From positions 60,001 through 92,000 of the forward strand of contig NZ_CP064923.1 in the NCBI RefSeq assembly GCF_018336915.1: a stretch of DNA of 32,000 nucleotides, written 5' to 3'. The translations under genes and the position numbers were made by a program. The stretch comes from Acaryochloris marina S15 (GTDB lineage Bacteria; Cyanobacteriota; Cyanobacteriia; Thermosynechococcales; Thermosynechococcaceae). Position 1 is the first letter of the stretch. Every line of letters begins with the position of its first letter. The notes below the pieces were generated by a model. It made no database searches. It had not been told where the DNA came from and saw only the letters and a list, made by a program, of their open reading frames with translations. This document shows, in pieces, positions 23,575 through 32,000 of the stretch.

Positions 23575-26076
23575 ATGAATGTTATCAGAACTTGGAAGCT
23601 AGGATTATTGGTTTTGGGTGGATGGGCGATCGCACCCAATGCCTGGGCTAACCCAACCGAAATAACCGCCCCATGGATTGACATTGCTCCTCAGACTGAA
23701 GAGGTAGAGAAACAGCTGGCCCCCGAACCACTCCCTGCAACCACCGTCAAAGACTGGATGGCGCAAATAGAGGCAGTACAGGTGCAAATTACTGGTGTGC
23801 AGTGGGAAGAGACTGCGTCAGGCTTACAAGTGATCCTAGAGACAAATGGTCAGACCCTGGCAACACCCATAACAACGGTAGAAGGAACTGTTTTGACAGC
23901 CCAGATTCCTAACGCAGTGTTAGCCTTGCCGGACAGTGAAGCTTTTGAAGTAGCTGATCCAGCCAGCGGGATTGCACAGGTGCAGGTCACCAATATGCCT
24001 GGGGATCAGGTGCAGATTGTGATCACAGGTACCGAGGCCCCACCTATGGCTGATATTCAAACTGAAAAAGGGAGTGTGGTTGTTAGGGTTACTCCAGAAA
24101 AGACCAGTTCTGAAGACCTGGAAGAAGCGCTGGAAATTACGGTCACGGCCACCCGCACTGAGACCGCTGCCCAAGATGTTCCCCAAGCCATTCAAGTGAT
24201 TCCCCAAGAAGTGATTAAAAAGCGTCAGGTCAATGACCTGACTGATGCGTTAAGGGTCATTCCTGGAATTAATTCTTCCTTGTCTACTTCTCTATTCAAC
24301 AATGTTAATATTCGGGGATTTTCAGCAGATTTTCGACGCAATGGATTGAGAGATTCCACAGTGGGTAGTTCTGCAATACAAACTGCTAATATTGAGCGAA
24401 TTGAAGTCCTTAAAGGGCCTGCATCGGTGCTTTATGGTTCAGGGTCATTCGGGGGTACCGTGAATATCCTCACGAAACAACCCACTGACGAGCCACTGTA
24501 TCGATTTGATGCTGCGATTGGCAATTTTGATCTTTACCGTGGGGCTGTTGATTTGTCGGGGCCGATTAATAAAAGTGGCACCGTTAAATATCGCTTGAAC
24601 GTGGCAGGAGAAACGGAAGGGAGCTTTATTGATGCAGTGGGGCGAAAGCGATTATTAGTCGCTCCAGTCCTGTCATGGGAAATTGATCAAAATACCGATA
24701 TTACCTTTGAGCTGGAATATACGAATCTGACGGCTGACAATAATTTTGGGTTACCCGCCCGAGGTACTGTTCTGGAGAATATCAATGGTGACATCGATCG
24801 CAGTCTAAATATTGGGGCTCCCGGCCGAGAAAAACGGGAGATTGACACCATTACAGTGGGTTATAACTTTGAACATCGTTTTAGTGATAATTGGCGCATT
24901 CGCAATTCCTTTCAGTTTGCGCGCCGTTCAGCGCCAGAATTCACAGTATCTGGCATCAATTTACTGGATGATCAGCGCACTTTAGAACGAGATTATGTGG
25001 ATGTGCCCAGGTTTGATAGTAATGCCTATCTTCTGGATACGTATCTTATTGGTAACTTCAATACCGGGCCTGTTAAACATGAAATGCTAGTGGGGGTCGA
25101 ATTATTTCAAGGAGATGGGGGAGGTCCATTCTCATTTGGAATAGCCAATTCCATCGACTTATTTACCCCTGATAACAATACCCTCATTCTTGAAGAAGAA
25201 GATTCTCTAGAAGATAAAACAACGAATAAGAATTTAGGCATTTATCTGCAAGATAAGATTGAAGTATTAGATAATTTGATTCTCCTGCTAGGCGGCAGGT
25301 TTGATATCGCTGGCACCCAGTTTGAAGATATAACATTCGGGACATCTGATTCTCAAACAGAAAGTGAATTTAGTCCGCGTTTAGGGATAGTCTATAAGCC
25401 CATCTCTGATCTGTCTCTATATGCCAGCTATAGTCGATCATTTATTCCCAACTTTTTCGATAGGAACATTGATGGAGAGATCTTTCCACCTCAAAGAGGC
25501 ACTCAATTTGAGGTGGGTACTAAAGTGGCACTCACTGATAAATTCTCAGTCAATGTCGCCTATTTTGATATTTCAATTGCCAATGTACCCACCTCAGATC
25601 TAGATAATCCTGCATTCTCTATCATTACTGGAGAGCAGAGCAGTAAGGGGGTTGAGTTATTTGCTTCAGGGGAAATTTTGCCAGGATGGAATCTGATTGG
25701 TGGCTATACCTACAATGATGCCAAAATTACCCAAGACAATGATATTCCAGTAGGAAATCGTATCCCCAATAATCCTAAACATGCCTTGAGTCTGTCAACG
25801 ACATATGAACTCCAAAAAGGAGACTTGAAAGGTTTAGGTTTTGGCTTAGGCATTTTCTTTGTGGGCAAGCGGCAGGGTGATTTTGACAACAGCTTTGAAG
25901 TTCCTAGCTATACCAGAACGGATGCGTCAATCTTCTATAACCGGGGTAAATTTCGTGCAGCCCTGAATTTCAAAAATTTATTTGATGTGAATTACTTTGA
26001 GAATGTTGAAAGTGATTTGCGCGTAAGGTTTGGTGCACCTTTTACCGTCATTGGATCAATATCCTTTGAGCTCTAG
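23575..26076 (+). CDS. TonB-dependent siderophore receptor with an N-terminal AMIN-like extension
   Basis: Signal peptide MNVIRTWKLGLLVLGGWAIAPNAWA. About 130 aa of repetitive beta-rich extension. Plug region (ITVTATRTETAAQDVPQAIQVI...RGF...IERIEVLKGPASVLYGSG), a barrel, and a C-terminal ...SISFEL. Confidence 0.88.
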   Translation: MNVIRTWKLGLLVLGGWAIAPNAWANPTEITAPWIDIAPQTEEVEKQLAPEPLPATTVKDWMAQIEAVQVQITGVQWEETASGLQVILETNGQTLATPITTVEGTVLTAQIPNAVLALPDSEAFEVADPASGIAQVQVTNMPGDQVQIVITGTEAPPMADIQTEKGSVVVRVTPEKTSSEDLEEALEITVTATRTETAAQDVPQAIQVIPQEVIKKRQVNDLTDALRVIPGINSSLSTSLFNNVNIRGFSADFRRNGLRDSTVGSSAIQTANIERIEVLKGPASVLYGSGSFGGTVNILTKQPTDEPLYRFDAAIGNFDLYRGAVDLSGPINKSGTVKYRLNVAGETEGSFIDAVGRKRLLVAPVLSWEIDQNTDITFELEYTNLTADNNFGLPARGTVLENINGDIDRSLNIGAPGREKREIDTITVGYNFEHRFSDNWRIRNSFQFARRSAPEFTVSGINLLDDQRTLERDYVDVPRFDSNAYLLDTYLIGNFNTGPVKHEMLVGVELFQGDGGGPFSFGIANSIDLFTPDNNTLILEEEDSLEDKTTNKNLGIYLQDKIEVLDNLILLLGGRFDIAGTQFEDITFGTSDSQTESEFSPRLGIVYKPISDLSLYASYSRSFIPNFFDRNIDGEIFPPQRGTQFEVGTKVALTDKFSVNVAYFDISIANVPTSDLDNPAFSIITGEQSSKGVELFASGEILPGWNLIGGYTYNDAKITQDNDIPVGNRIPNNPKHALSLSTTYELQKGDLKGLGFGLGIFFVGKRQGDFDNSFEVPSYTRTDASIFYNRGKFRAALNFKNLFDVNYFENVESDLRVRFGAPFTVIGSISFEL

Positions 26077-26193
26077 TTCTATCCGTCAAACGGAGATGAG
26101 CTGTGTTTAGAAATCTCGGTTTTCTCTAGGATCTAGCTACATATCTAGTCTGAATACACATATTAGAAAATCAATATAGGTTATGAAGAAATA

Positions 26194-27159
26194 ATGTTCA
26201 ACACTAGAATTAACAGAATTCTTGTTGGGCTGCTAACCGTCTTATTAGTTGTCGCCTGCCAGAGTGATCCCAATCGTCCGCCTTCTAACTCTAAAGCTCC
26301 TGCAAGCTGCCACCCTATCCAGCATGGTTTGGGGAAGGCCTGCGTCCCTCAACCTCCGAAACGGTTGATTAGTCTAGATGATTCAACATTAGCTAATGCG
26401 TTGATCCTTGGCGTGCCTTCTGTTGGCTGTGCTCTACCGGATGCAGCCCCGCTAGATTATTTGAATCAGTATATGGAGAAGAAAGGCTATGGGACAGAAT
26501 TTCTGGGTCAAAGTACTCAGCCTAATGTTGAGAAAATTTTAATGCTGAAGCCTGACTTAATTCTGGGAGTCGTTCCCTTTGGTGAACCGATTTATACGCA
26601 GCTTGCCGAAATTGCACCGACGGCAATGGGTGAGTGGCAGGGATCTCCGTCCTGGCGAGAGCACTTTGATTTTGTAGCCCAGACCTTAGGGAAAGAACCG
26701 GAAGCTAAATCGATTTGGAGTCAGTACTACCAACGGATTGATGCGTTGCAGCAGGCCCTAGGTGACCGGTTGGACAATCTAGAACTATCAACGATCTATG
26801 CCTATGGTGACCAAATGACGGTTGACGTCAGGAATTCATTTGCTGGCAGCATTTTTTCTGATATTGGCATTCAGCAACCTCGCAATCATAGTCCTAATAC
26901 GAATGGTGTTCTCGTTTTGTCAGAAGAAAGAATTCCTGAAATTGACGCTGATATTTTATTCGTGAATATCTATGATGCTGAGTCCAAACATCTGCTAGAT
27001 GAATGGCAGAAGAAGCCACTTTGGAAGCAACTGAAGGCAGTTCAATCAGGACAAGTCTACGTCGTTGATGCAAATTTTTGGCGAGGTGGTAATCCAATCG
27101 CTGCCAATCTTATGATTGATGATCTTTTTAAATATTTAGTTAATCGTCCTTCAGCTTAA
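26194..27159 (+). CDS. iron-siderophore ABC transporter substrate-binding lipoprotein (FhuD/FecB-like)
   Basis: Lipobox LLVVAC, then a PF01497-like pattern (RLISLDDSTLANALILGV...KPDLILG). Confidence 0.82.
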   Translation: MFNTRINRILVGLLTVLLVVACQSDPNRPPSNSKAPASCHPIQHGLGKACVPQPPKRLISLDDSTLANALILGVPSVGCALPDAAPLDYLNQYMEKKGYGTEFLGQSTQPNVEKILMLKPDLILGVVPFGEPIYTQLAEIAPTAMGEWQGSPSWREHFDFVAQTLGKEPEAKSIWSQYYQRIDALQQALGDRLDNLELSTIYAYGDQMTVDVRNSFAGSIFSDIGIQQPRNHSPNTNGVLVLSEERIPEIDADILFVNIYDAESKHLLDEWQKKPLWKQLKAVQSGQVYVVDANFWRGGNPIAANLMIDDLFKYLVNRPSA

Positions 27160-27185
27160 AAATTCAGTTTTGAACCTAGTTTTTT

Positions 27186-27228
27186 AGTTCAAATGTCGGT
27201 CATCATCCTGCCTTACGACATTTGAACT
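27186..27228. repeat. perfect 13-bp inverted repeat (AGTTCAAATGTCG / CGACATTTGAACT) with a 17-nt loop
   Basis: Read directly: 27186-27198 pairs with 27216-27228. A third TTTGAAC (27169-27175) can pair alternatively with GTTCAAA (27187-27193). Confidence 0.9.
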
Positions 27229-27264
27229 ATGCACACATGCCCTTATTGTTAGGAGAACATTTCC

Positions 27265-27951
27265 ATGGCCAGTAAAATTTCGGAACTCACTGACGATAGT
27301 GGATTTATAGAATCTAATCTTTATGATTACCTGCTCTCGGTTTCCTTGCGTGAACCCCAGGTGTTAACGCAACTACGGGAAGAAACTGCTCAGTTACCCG
27401 ATGGTGAAATGCAGATTGCACCGGACCAAGGGCAGTTTATGGCGTTGCTGATTAAGCTCATGGGGGTTAAAAGGATTCTCGAAATTGGCACGTTCACAGG
27501 CTATAGCAGCCTATGGATGGCCTTAGCACTCCCTGCTGATGGTTTGATCTTGACCTGCGATATCAGTAAAGAGGATACCGCGATCGCACAACGGTATTGG
27601 CAGGCAGCAGGCATTGCCAACAAAGTGGATCTTCACCTTGCCCCAGCACTGGATACCTTAAATGATCTGTTGAGTACAGGAGCGGCTGGCACCTTTGATT
27701 TTGTGTTTATTGACGCTGATAAAGTCAACTATCACCACTATTATGAAAAGTCCCTCACACTCCTTCGGCCAGGAGGATTGATGGCAATTGATAATGTTCT
27801 ATGGTCTGGTGAAGTCGCAGATCTCACCGCAGATGATCCGGAGACAAATGCTCTGAGGGCTTTGAATCTAGCCCTCTGCCAAGATGAACGTATTGACTTG
27901 AGTATGTTAGGGATTGCCGATGGCTTAACCCTTGCACTTAAAAAGTCTTAG
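27265..27951 (+). CDS. class I SAM-dependent O-methyltransferase, caffeoyl-CoA/catechol O-methyltransferase-like
   Basis: ILEIGTFTGYSSLWMALALP...FDFVFIDADKVNYHHYYE...LRPGGLMAIDNVLWSG matches the cation-dependent OMT (PF01596-like) pattern. Confidence 0.8.
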   Translation: MASKISELTDDSGFIESNLYDYLLSVSLREPQVLTQLREETAQLPDGEMQIAPDQGQFMALLIKLMGVKRILEIGTFTGYSSLWMALALPADGLILTCDISKEDTAIAQRYWQAAGIANKVDLHLAPALDTLNDLLSTGAAGTFDFVFIDADKVNYHHYYEKSLTLLRPGGLMAIDNVLWSGEVADLTADDPETNALRALNLALCQDERIDLSMLGIADGLTLALKKS

Positions 27952-28019
27952 GTAATCCAGAGTATTGACGTATCGTTGCTGCCTGGATGGCATTCATCTG
28001 GGCTGACGTCTGATGTCTA

Positions 28020-29387
28020 TTGATTTCTGAGAGGGAATCGTCAGTCACGATTGGCTGTATTGAAACGAATCACATCGTTCTTTTTCTTGTGCGTACATTC
28101 ACCATCATTTGGTTGGGCCAACTGGTTTCCAATATCGGTAGCTATATGACTGGTTTTGCCCTGACAATCTGGGCATGGCAGTTAACAGAATCTACAACCG
28201 CTCTTGTTTTAGTCGATTTCTTTTATGATTTTCCCCAGATTCCGGTTGCTGTGGTTGCGGGCATTATTGTCGATCGCTTCAATCGAAAATATTTGATGAT
28301 GTATGGAGATGCGATCGCAGCATTCTCCACTCTGATTTTGCTGGTGCTCCTCTTCTCTCACCAGCTTCTGCTCTGGCATCTATATCTGGCTTCTGCCGTC
28401 ATGGGGGGCTTTGGTCAAATTCAAGAGTTGGCCTATTCCACCTCTATCACGACCTTGGTTCCAGCCCAACACTATACTCGTGCCAACAGTATGAACTCTA
28501 TGATTCATTATGGTTCGATTATCATTGCCCCCGCTGTGGCAGGTCTGCTCTATCCCATCATTGGTCTAAAAGGTATTTTGGGGATTGATTTGGTCACTTT
28601 TGGAGTGGCGATCTTGACTCTTTTACCCTCCCATATTCCTCAGCCCCCGCCAGAAATTAAATCAGAATCTTGGCAGCAAGCAGGGAAATTTTCGCGTTGG
28701 CGACAAGAGGCCACTTTTGGTCTACGTTATATCTGGAAAAGCCCTCACCTTCTGCGATTGCTGATGGTTACTGCGTTGTTTTGGTTTTTTCATGATCTTG
28801 GCAGTGCCATTGACGATCCGATGATTCTGGCACGCTCTGGCGGCAACACTCAGACCTTAGGGCTGATTGGAGCTGCTGCTGGTATTGGGGGCATCACCGG
28901 AGCGATTCTATTAACGGTTTGGGGTGGCCCTAAAAAGCGCATTCATGGACTGCTTCTGGGATTTATGGGGGCCGGAATCGCTAAAACGTTGTTTGGATTT
29001 GGCCAAAATCTTAAGGTCTGGATGCCAGCTCAATTTTGTTCCTCTCTCAATTTTCCCCTATTAGATAGCTCAGAAACAGCACTGTGGATGGAAAACGTTG
29101 CTCCAGAGCTTCAAGGTCGAGTATTTGCTGCCAACTCACTGGTACTACAGGGGGTGAGTACATTAGCGACTTTGCTGGCCGGTCCCCTTGCCGAGGGTAT
29201 TTTTGAACCCTTTGTGCGTTCCAGTAGAGTCGCTGGGTTGATGGGACCGATATTTGGTACTCAATCTGGTGCCGGTACGGCGTTGCTGTATGTCTTAACT
29301 TCTTTGGGGTTGATTACAGTGAGTATTGGCGGCTATTGTTGTTCCCCGCTGTTTGGGGTAAAGAATAGTCAGACTAAAGAACCTTGA
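28020..29387 (+). CDS. MFS transporter, EntS-like (MFS_3) family; start codon uncertain
   Basis: FTIIWLGQLVSNIGSYMTGFAL...VAGIIVDRFNRK is typical of the enterobactin-exporter-like MFS family. There is no ATG near the 5' end; the candidates are TTG 28020 and GTG 28089. Confidence 0.7.
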   Translation: MISERESSVTIGCIETNHIVLFLVRTFTIIWLGQLVSNIGSYMTGFALTIWAWQLTESTTALVLVDFFYDFPQIPVAVVAGIIVDRFNRKYLMMYGDAIAAFSTLILLVLLFSHQLLLWHLYLASAVMGGFGQIQELAYSTSITTLVPAQHYTRANSMNSMIHYGSIIIAPAVAGLLYPIIGLKGILGIDLVTFGVAILTLLPSHIPQPPPEIKSESWQQAGKFSRWRQEATFGLRYIWKSPHLLRLLMVTALFWFFHDLGSAIDDPMILARSGGNTQTLGLIGAAAGIGGITGAILLTVWGGPKKRIHGLLLGFMGAGIAKTLFGFGQNLKVWMPAQFCSSLNFPLLDSSETALWMENVAPELQGRVFAANSLVLQGVSTLATLLAGPLAEGIFEPFVRSSRVAGLMGPIFGTQSGAGTALLYVLTSLGLITVSIGGYCCSPLFGVKNSQTKEP

Positions 29388-29434
29388 AAACTAACTCACA
29401 TGAATTTAAGGTAGACCCCCGTTAGAGGTACGAG

Positions 29435-30268
29435 CTAGGACTCATGCCCTGCCTTGACTTTCCCCGATGACTTACGACTGATGGGGATACAAAGAGGCGT
29501 ATTGGCGACTGGATCATTGATAATTCGACTTTCTAAGCCAAACACGTTTTGAACCATTGTTTCAGTCATTACCTGTTCTGGATGGCCCTGATCGTAGACG
29601 GCTCCCCCCTTGATGGCTACTAAATAATCACCGAAACGACAGGCTTGGTTGAGATCGTGCAACACCATCACAATCGTTTTGCCTTGCTGCTCGTTGAGAT
29701 CATGCAATAAATCTAAGACTTCGATCTGGTGGGCTAGATCAAGATAGGTGGTGGGTTCATCCAGCAACACAATGTCTGTATCTTGAGCCAAAGTCATAGC
29801 AATCCAGGCCCGCTGGCGCTGTCCACCGGATAAGTTATCTAGAGCACAATGGGCAAAGTCGAGCATTTGCGTAATCGATAAGGCCCAGTTCACCTGCTTC
29901 TCATCTTCTTGAGACCATTGTTGTAACCAGCCTTGGTGGGGGTAGCGACCTTGAGCCACTAGATCTCTGACGGTTAACCCTTCTGGGGCCGTTGGTCCTT
30001 GGGGGAGCAACCCTAATCGTTTGGCAATGGCTTTGGTGGAGAGTTTGGCAATGGATTCACTCCCTAGATAGACGATGCCCTGTTTGGGTTTGAGTAAACG
30101 CCCTAAGCCCTTCAGCAAGGTAGATTTACCACAGCCGTTCGGTCCCACTAAAATCGTGATTTTGCCTGTGGGAATCGCTAGATCGAGGGACTCAATCACC
30201 ACTTTGCCTTCATAGGCTAGGGTGAGTTTGCGGGTTGTGAGGGCGTAGGCAGGTGTTGCAGGGATCAT
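29435..30268 (-). CDS. iron-siderophore ABC transporter ATP-binding protein (FhuC/FepC-like)
   Basis: Walker [10 protein letters not shown], signature LSGGQRQR, Walker [13 protein letters not shown] 4-nt overlap (ATGA) with the upstream permease gene. Confidence 0.88.
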   Translation of the reverse strand: MIPATPAYALTTRKLTLAYEGKVVIESLDLAIPTGKITILVGPNGCGKSTLLKGLGRLLKPKQGIVYLGSESIAKLSTKAIAKRLGLLPQGPTAPEGLTVRDLVAQGRYPHQGWLQQWSQEDEKQVNWALSITQMLDFAHCALDNLSGGQRQRAWIAMTLAQDTDIVLLDEPTTYLDLAHQIEVLDLLHDLNEQQGKTIVMVLHDLNQACRFGDYLVAIKGGAVYDQGHPEQVMTETMVQNVFGLESRIINDPVANTPLCIPISRKSSGKVKAGHES

Positions 30269-31329
30269 GAGTTGCGATCGCGAATCAATACATACAGAAA
30301 ATAAGGCGCTCCCACGATAGCCGTAATAATTCCACAGGGCAGTTCAATGGGAGCAAATAGTAATCGACCCAGTAGATCAGCCACCACCACTACAAATCCT
30401 CCGGTCAAGGCGGCCACGGGGAGTAATCCCTCATGGGAGGGGCCTACCATTTGTCGTCCCAAGTGAGGGGCCATTAAACCGACAAAACCAATGCTGCCTG
30501 CGGTCGCAACTGCAGAGCCAGCTAGGGCTACGCTGCTCAGTAATAGTAGACTGCGCTGGAGTTCTAAACGACTGCCTAAACTGCGAGCCACTTCATCGCC
30601 AAGTTGGAGTGCATTCAGTTCTCGACTCATTAACAGGCTCAGCAATCCAAACCCAGTGAGCCAGGGTAGAAATACCGTCAACTGCTCCCAACTGCGGCCA
30701 TAGACACTACCAGCTAGCCAAACTAAGGCTTGGCTGACGTTGTAGATATTGCCAAAGGTCACCATCAAACTGGTCAAAGATCCAGCAATCAGGCTGAATC
30801 CTACTCCCACTAAAATCAGCCGCACAGGAGAACTGCCGTCCTTCCAAGCCAGCAGGTAAATCAGCAGAGCCACTAAGAGTGCTCCACCAAAGGCTGCCAG
30901 AGGAATGAGGGCAATGGGTAATTCAGGATAGAGAACAATTAAGGTTACGGCAGCTAAAGAGGCTCCAGCGTTGACGCCAATAATGCCAGGGGATGCTAAG
31001 GGATTGCGGGTGATGCCTTGGGTGATTGTGCCTGCGATCGCAAGTCCCATACCAACCCCCCAGGCCACTAGCGTTCTCGGTAAACGCAGAGTCATAACGA
31101 TAAAGCTAAAGTCTGGGTTACCCGTTTCTAACCCCAATACCGTCTTGATCACATCTAACGGTGGCACCGGATATTCCCCTTGCCCCACACTGAGAACTAT
31201 TGCTATTAAAGTTAAGATAATCAACCCTGATAGCACTCCTGGTACACGTCGATGCAGTCGGAATGATAGCCACTGCATTCGCCAGACAAGCCAAGGAGAG
31301 GCGGGAAGAGACTGTACTATTTTTGGCAA
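30265..31329 (-). CDS. FecCD-family iron-siderophore ABC transporter permease; start uncertain (TTG 31329 or ATG 31278)
   Basis: Multi-pass hydrophobic protein with FecCD-like motifs ([14 protein letters not shown]...Q...[24 protein letters not shown]). Confidence 0.85.
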   Translation of the reverse strand: MPKIVQSLPASPWLVWRMQWLSFRLHRRVPGVLSGLIILTLIAIVLSVGQGEYPVPPLDVIKTVLGLETGNPDFSFIVMTLRLPRTLVAWGVGMGLAIAGTITQGITRNPLASPGIIGVNAGASLAAVTLIVLYPELPIALIPLAAFGGALLVALLIYLLAWKDGSSPVRLILVGVGFSLIAGSLTSLMVTFGNIYNVSQALVWLAGSVYGRSWEQLTVFLPWLTGFGLLSLLMSRELNALQLGDEVARSLGSRLELQRSLLLLSSVALAGSAVATAGSIGFVGLMAPHLGRQMVGPSHEGLLPVAALTGGFVVVVADLLGRLLFAPIELPCGIITAIVGAPYFLYVLIRDRNS

Positions 31330-31348
31330 AATGAAGAGTTAGCTTGAT

Positions 31349-31367
31349 AATAATGATTTTCATTAAT
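31349..31367. promoter_or_regulatory. Fur box candidate upstream of the permease-ATPase operon
   Basis: AATAATGATTTTCATTAAT matches 14/19 positions of the GATAATGATAATCATTATC consensus. It lies 20 nt upstream of the longest permease ORF start, in the 102-nt gap between two minus-strand genes. Confidence 0.55.
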
Positions 31368-31431
31368 ATTAAGCGTTGCTGTACCGATTAAGCAACTGAA
31401 TGTGCAGTGCTTCATAGTCCAGTATTGTCTT

Positions 31432-32000
31432 CTATGGCTTTGCCTTCAGCAGGTATTTGAACAGATCATCAATGACCAGATCGGCTGCCATCGGATCACC
31501 TGCCCGCCAAATATTTGCATCAACAATGTGTACTTGTCCTGCTTGAACAGCCTTGAGTTGATTCCATAGCGGTTTCTGTTGCCAATCCTCTAATATTTGC
31601 TCAGACTCTGTGTCATATACGCTCACAAATATGATATCGGCATCTATTTCAGGAATACGCTCTTCTGAAAGGATAATTATTCCGTCCTCTACCGCAGCCT
31701 GAGCTTTTGGTCGACGGATACCAATATCGGCAAGGATACTGCCTGCAAATGAGTTCTCGGCATCAATTGTGATGGTGTCATCGTAAGTGTAAATAATTGA
31801 TATCTCGACATCCTGAAGTTGATTTCCTAAAGCTGCTCTAATTTTATTAATTCTCTGTTCATAACTATCCCAAACTTGCCTTGCTTCATCCTCTTTATCC
31901 AAGACATTAGCCACAAAGTTAAAGTGTTCACGCCAAGTCGGCAATCCATTCCAATTTCCCAAAGCAGTCGGTGCAATCTGAGATAACTGTTTGAAAATAG
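31432..32000 (-). CDS. iron-siderophore ABC substrate-binding protein, paralogue of 26194-27159; the 5' end lies outside the window
   Basis: The reading frame stays open to base 32000 (IFKQLSQIAPTALGNWNGLPTWREHF...). The C-terminal 190 aa align collinearly with the other binding protein, e.g. LSEERIPEIDADI.FV..YD.ES...L.DWQ.KPLW.QLKAVQ.GQV..VDAN.WR.G.P.AA.L.IDDLFKYL. Confidence 0.8.
   Translation of the reverse strand, partial: IFKQLSQIAPTALGNWNGLPTWREHFNFVANVLDKEDEARQVWDSYEQRINKIRAALGNQLQDVEISIIYTYDDTITIDAENSFAGSILADIGIRRPKAQAAVEDGIIILSEERIPEIDADIIFVSVYDTESEQILEDWQQKPLWNQLKAVQAGQVHIVDANIWRAGDPMAADLVIDDLFKYLLKAKP

Overview
The window looks like a cyanobacterial chromosome segment. The HIP1 octamer GCGATCGC occurs at least 12 times, against about 0.5 expected by chance. 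It falls into three blocks.

(1) 1-11.2 kb: a compact, all-plus-strand array of small redox and electrophile-detoxification genes. These are Zn-ADH, two SDRs, glyoxalase I, a DUF3237-like protein, a peroxiredoxin-like protein, a 4-OT tautomerase, a Nu-class-like GST, an OYE alkene reductase, a quinone oxidoreductase, a YahK-like ADH and NTF2-like proteins.

(2) 11.2-22.1 kb: mostly housekeeping genes. These are a Ser/Thr kinase operon, a GPH transporter, xseBA, a class A PBP, tyrS and a Uma2 endonuclease.

(3) 22.1-32 kb: an iron-siderophore uptake cluster. It holds a PchR-like AraC regulator, a TonB-dependent receptor, two paralogous binding proteins, an ABC permease and ATPase, plus an embedded O-methyltransferase and an EntS-like MFS. 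Fur-box-like sites are present.

The most unusual structure is in block 1. Six diverged copies of one 40-60 bp promoter/operator-like element sit 5' of genes; it consists of a T-run, a TTGAYT -35, the near-palindrome CTACATACATGTAG, and a TATAGG -10. The same block carries three truncated remnants of an NTF2-like gene and two non-contiguous fragments of a TetR-family repressor gene. I read this as an expanded electrophile-response array, analogous to nemR-nemA-gloA, built by serial duplication of a promoter-plus-gene module, with its local repressor gene decayed. That reading is inference from sequence only.

I saw no canonical defence system, CRISPR array, integrase, transposase, tRNA or rRNA.
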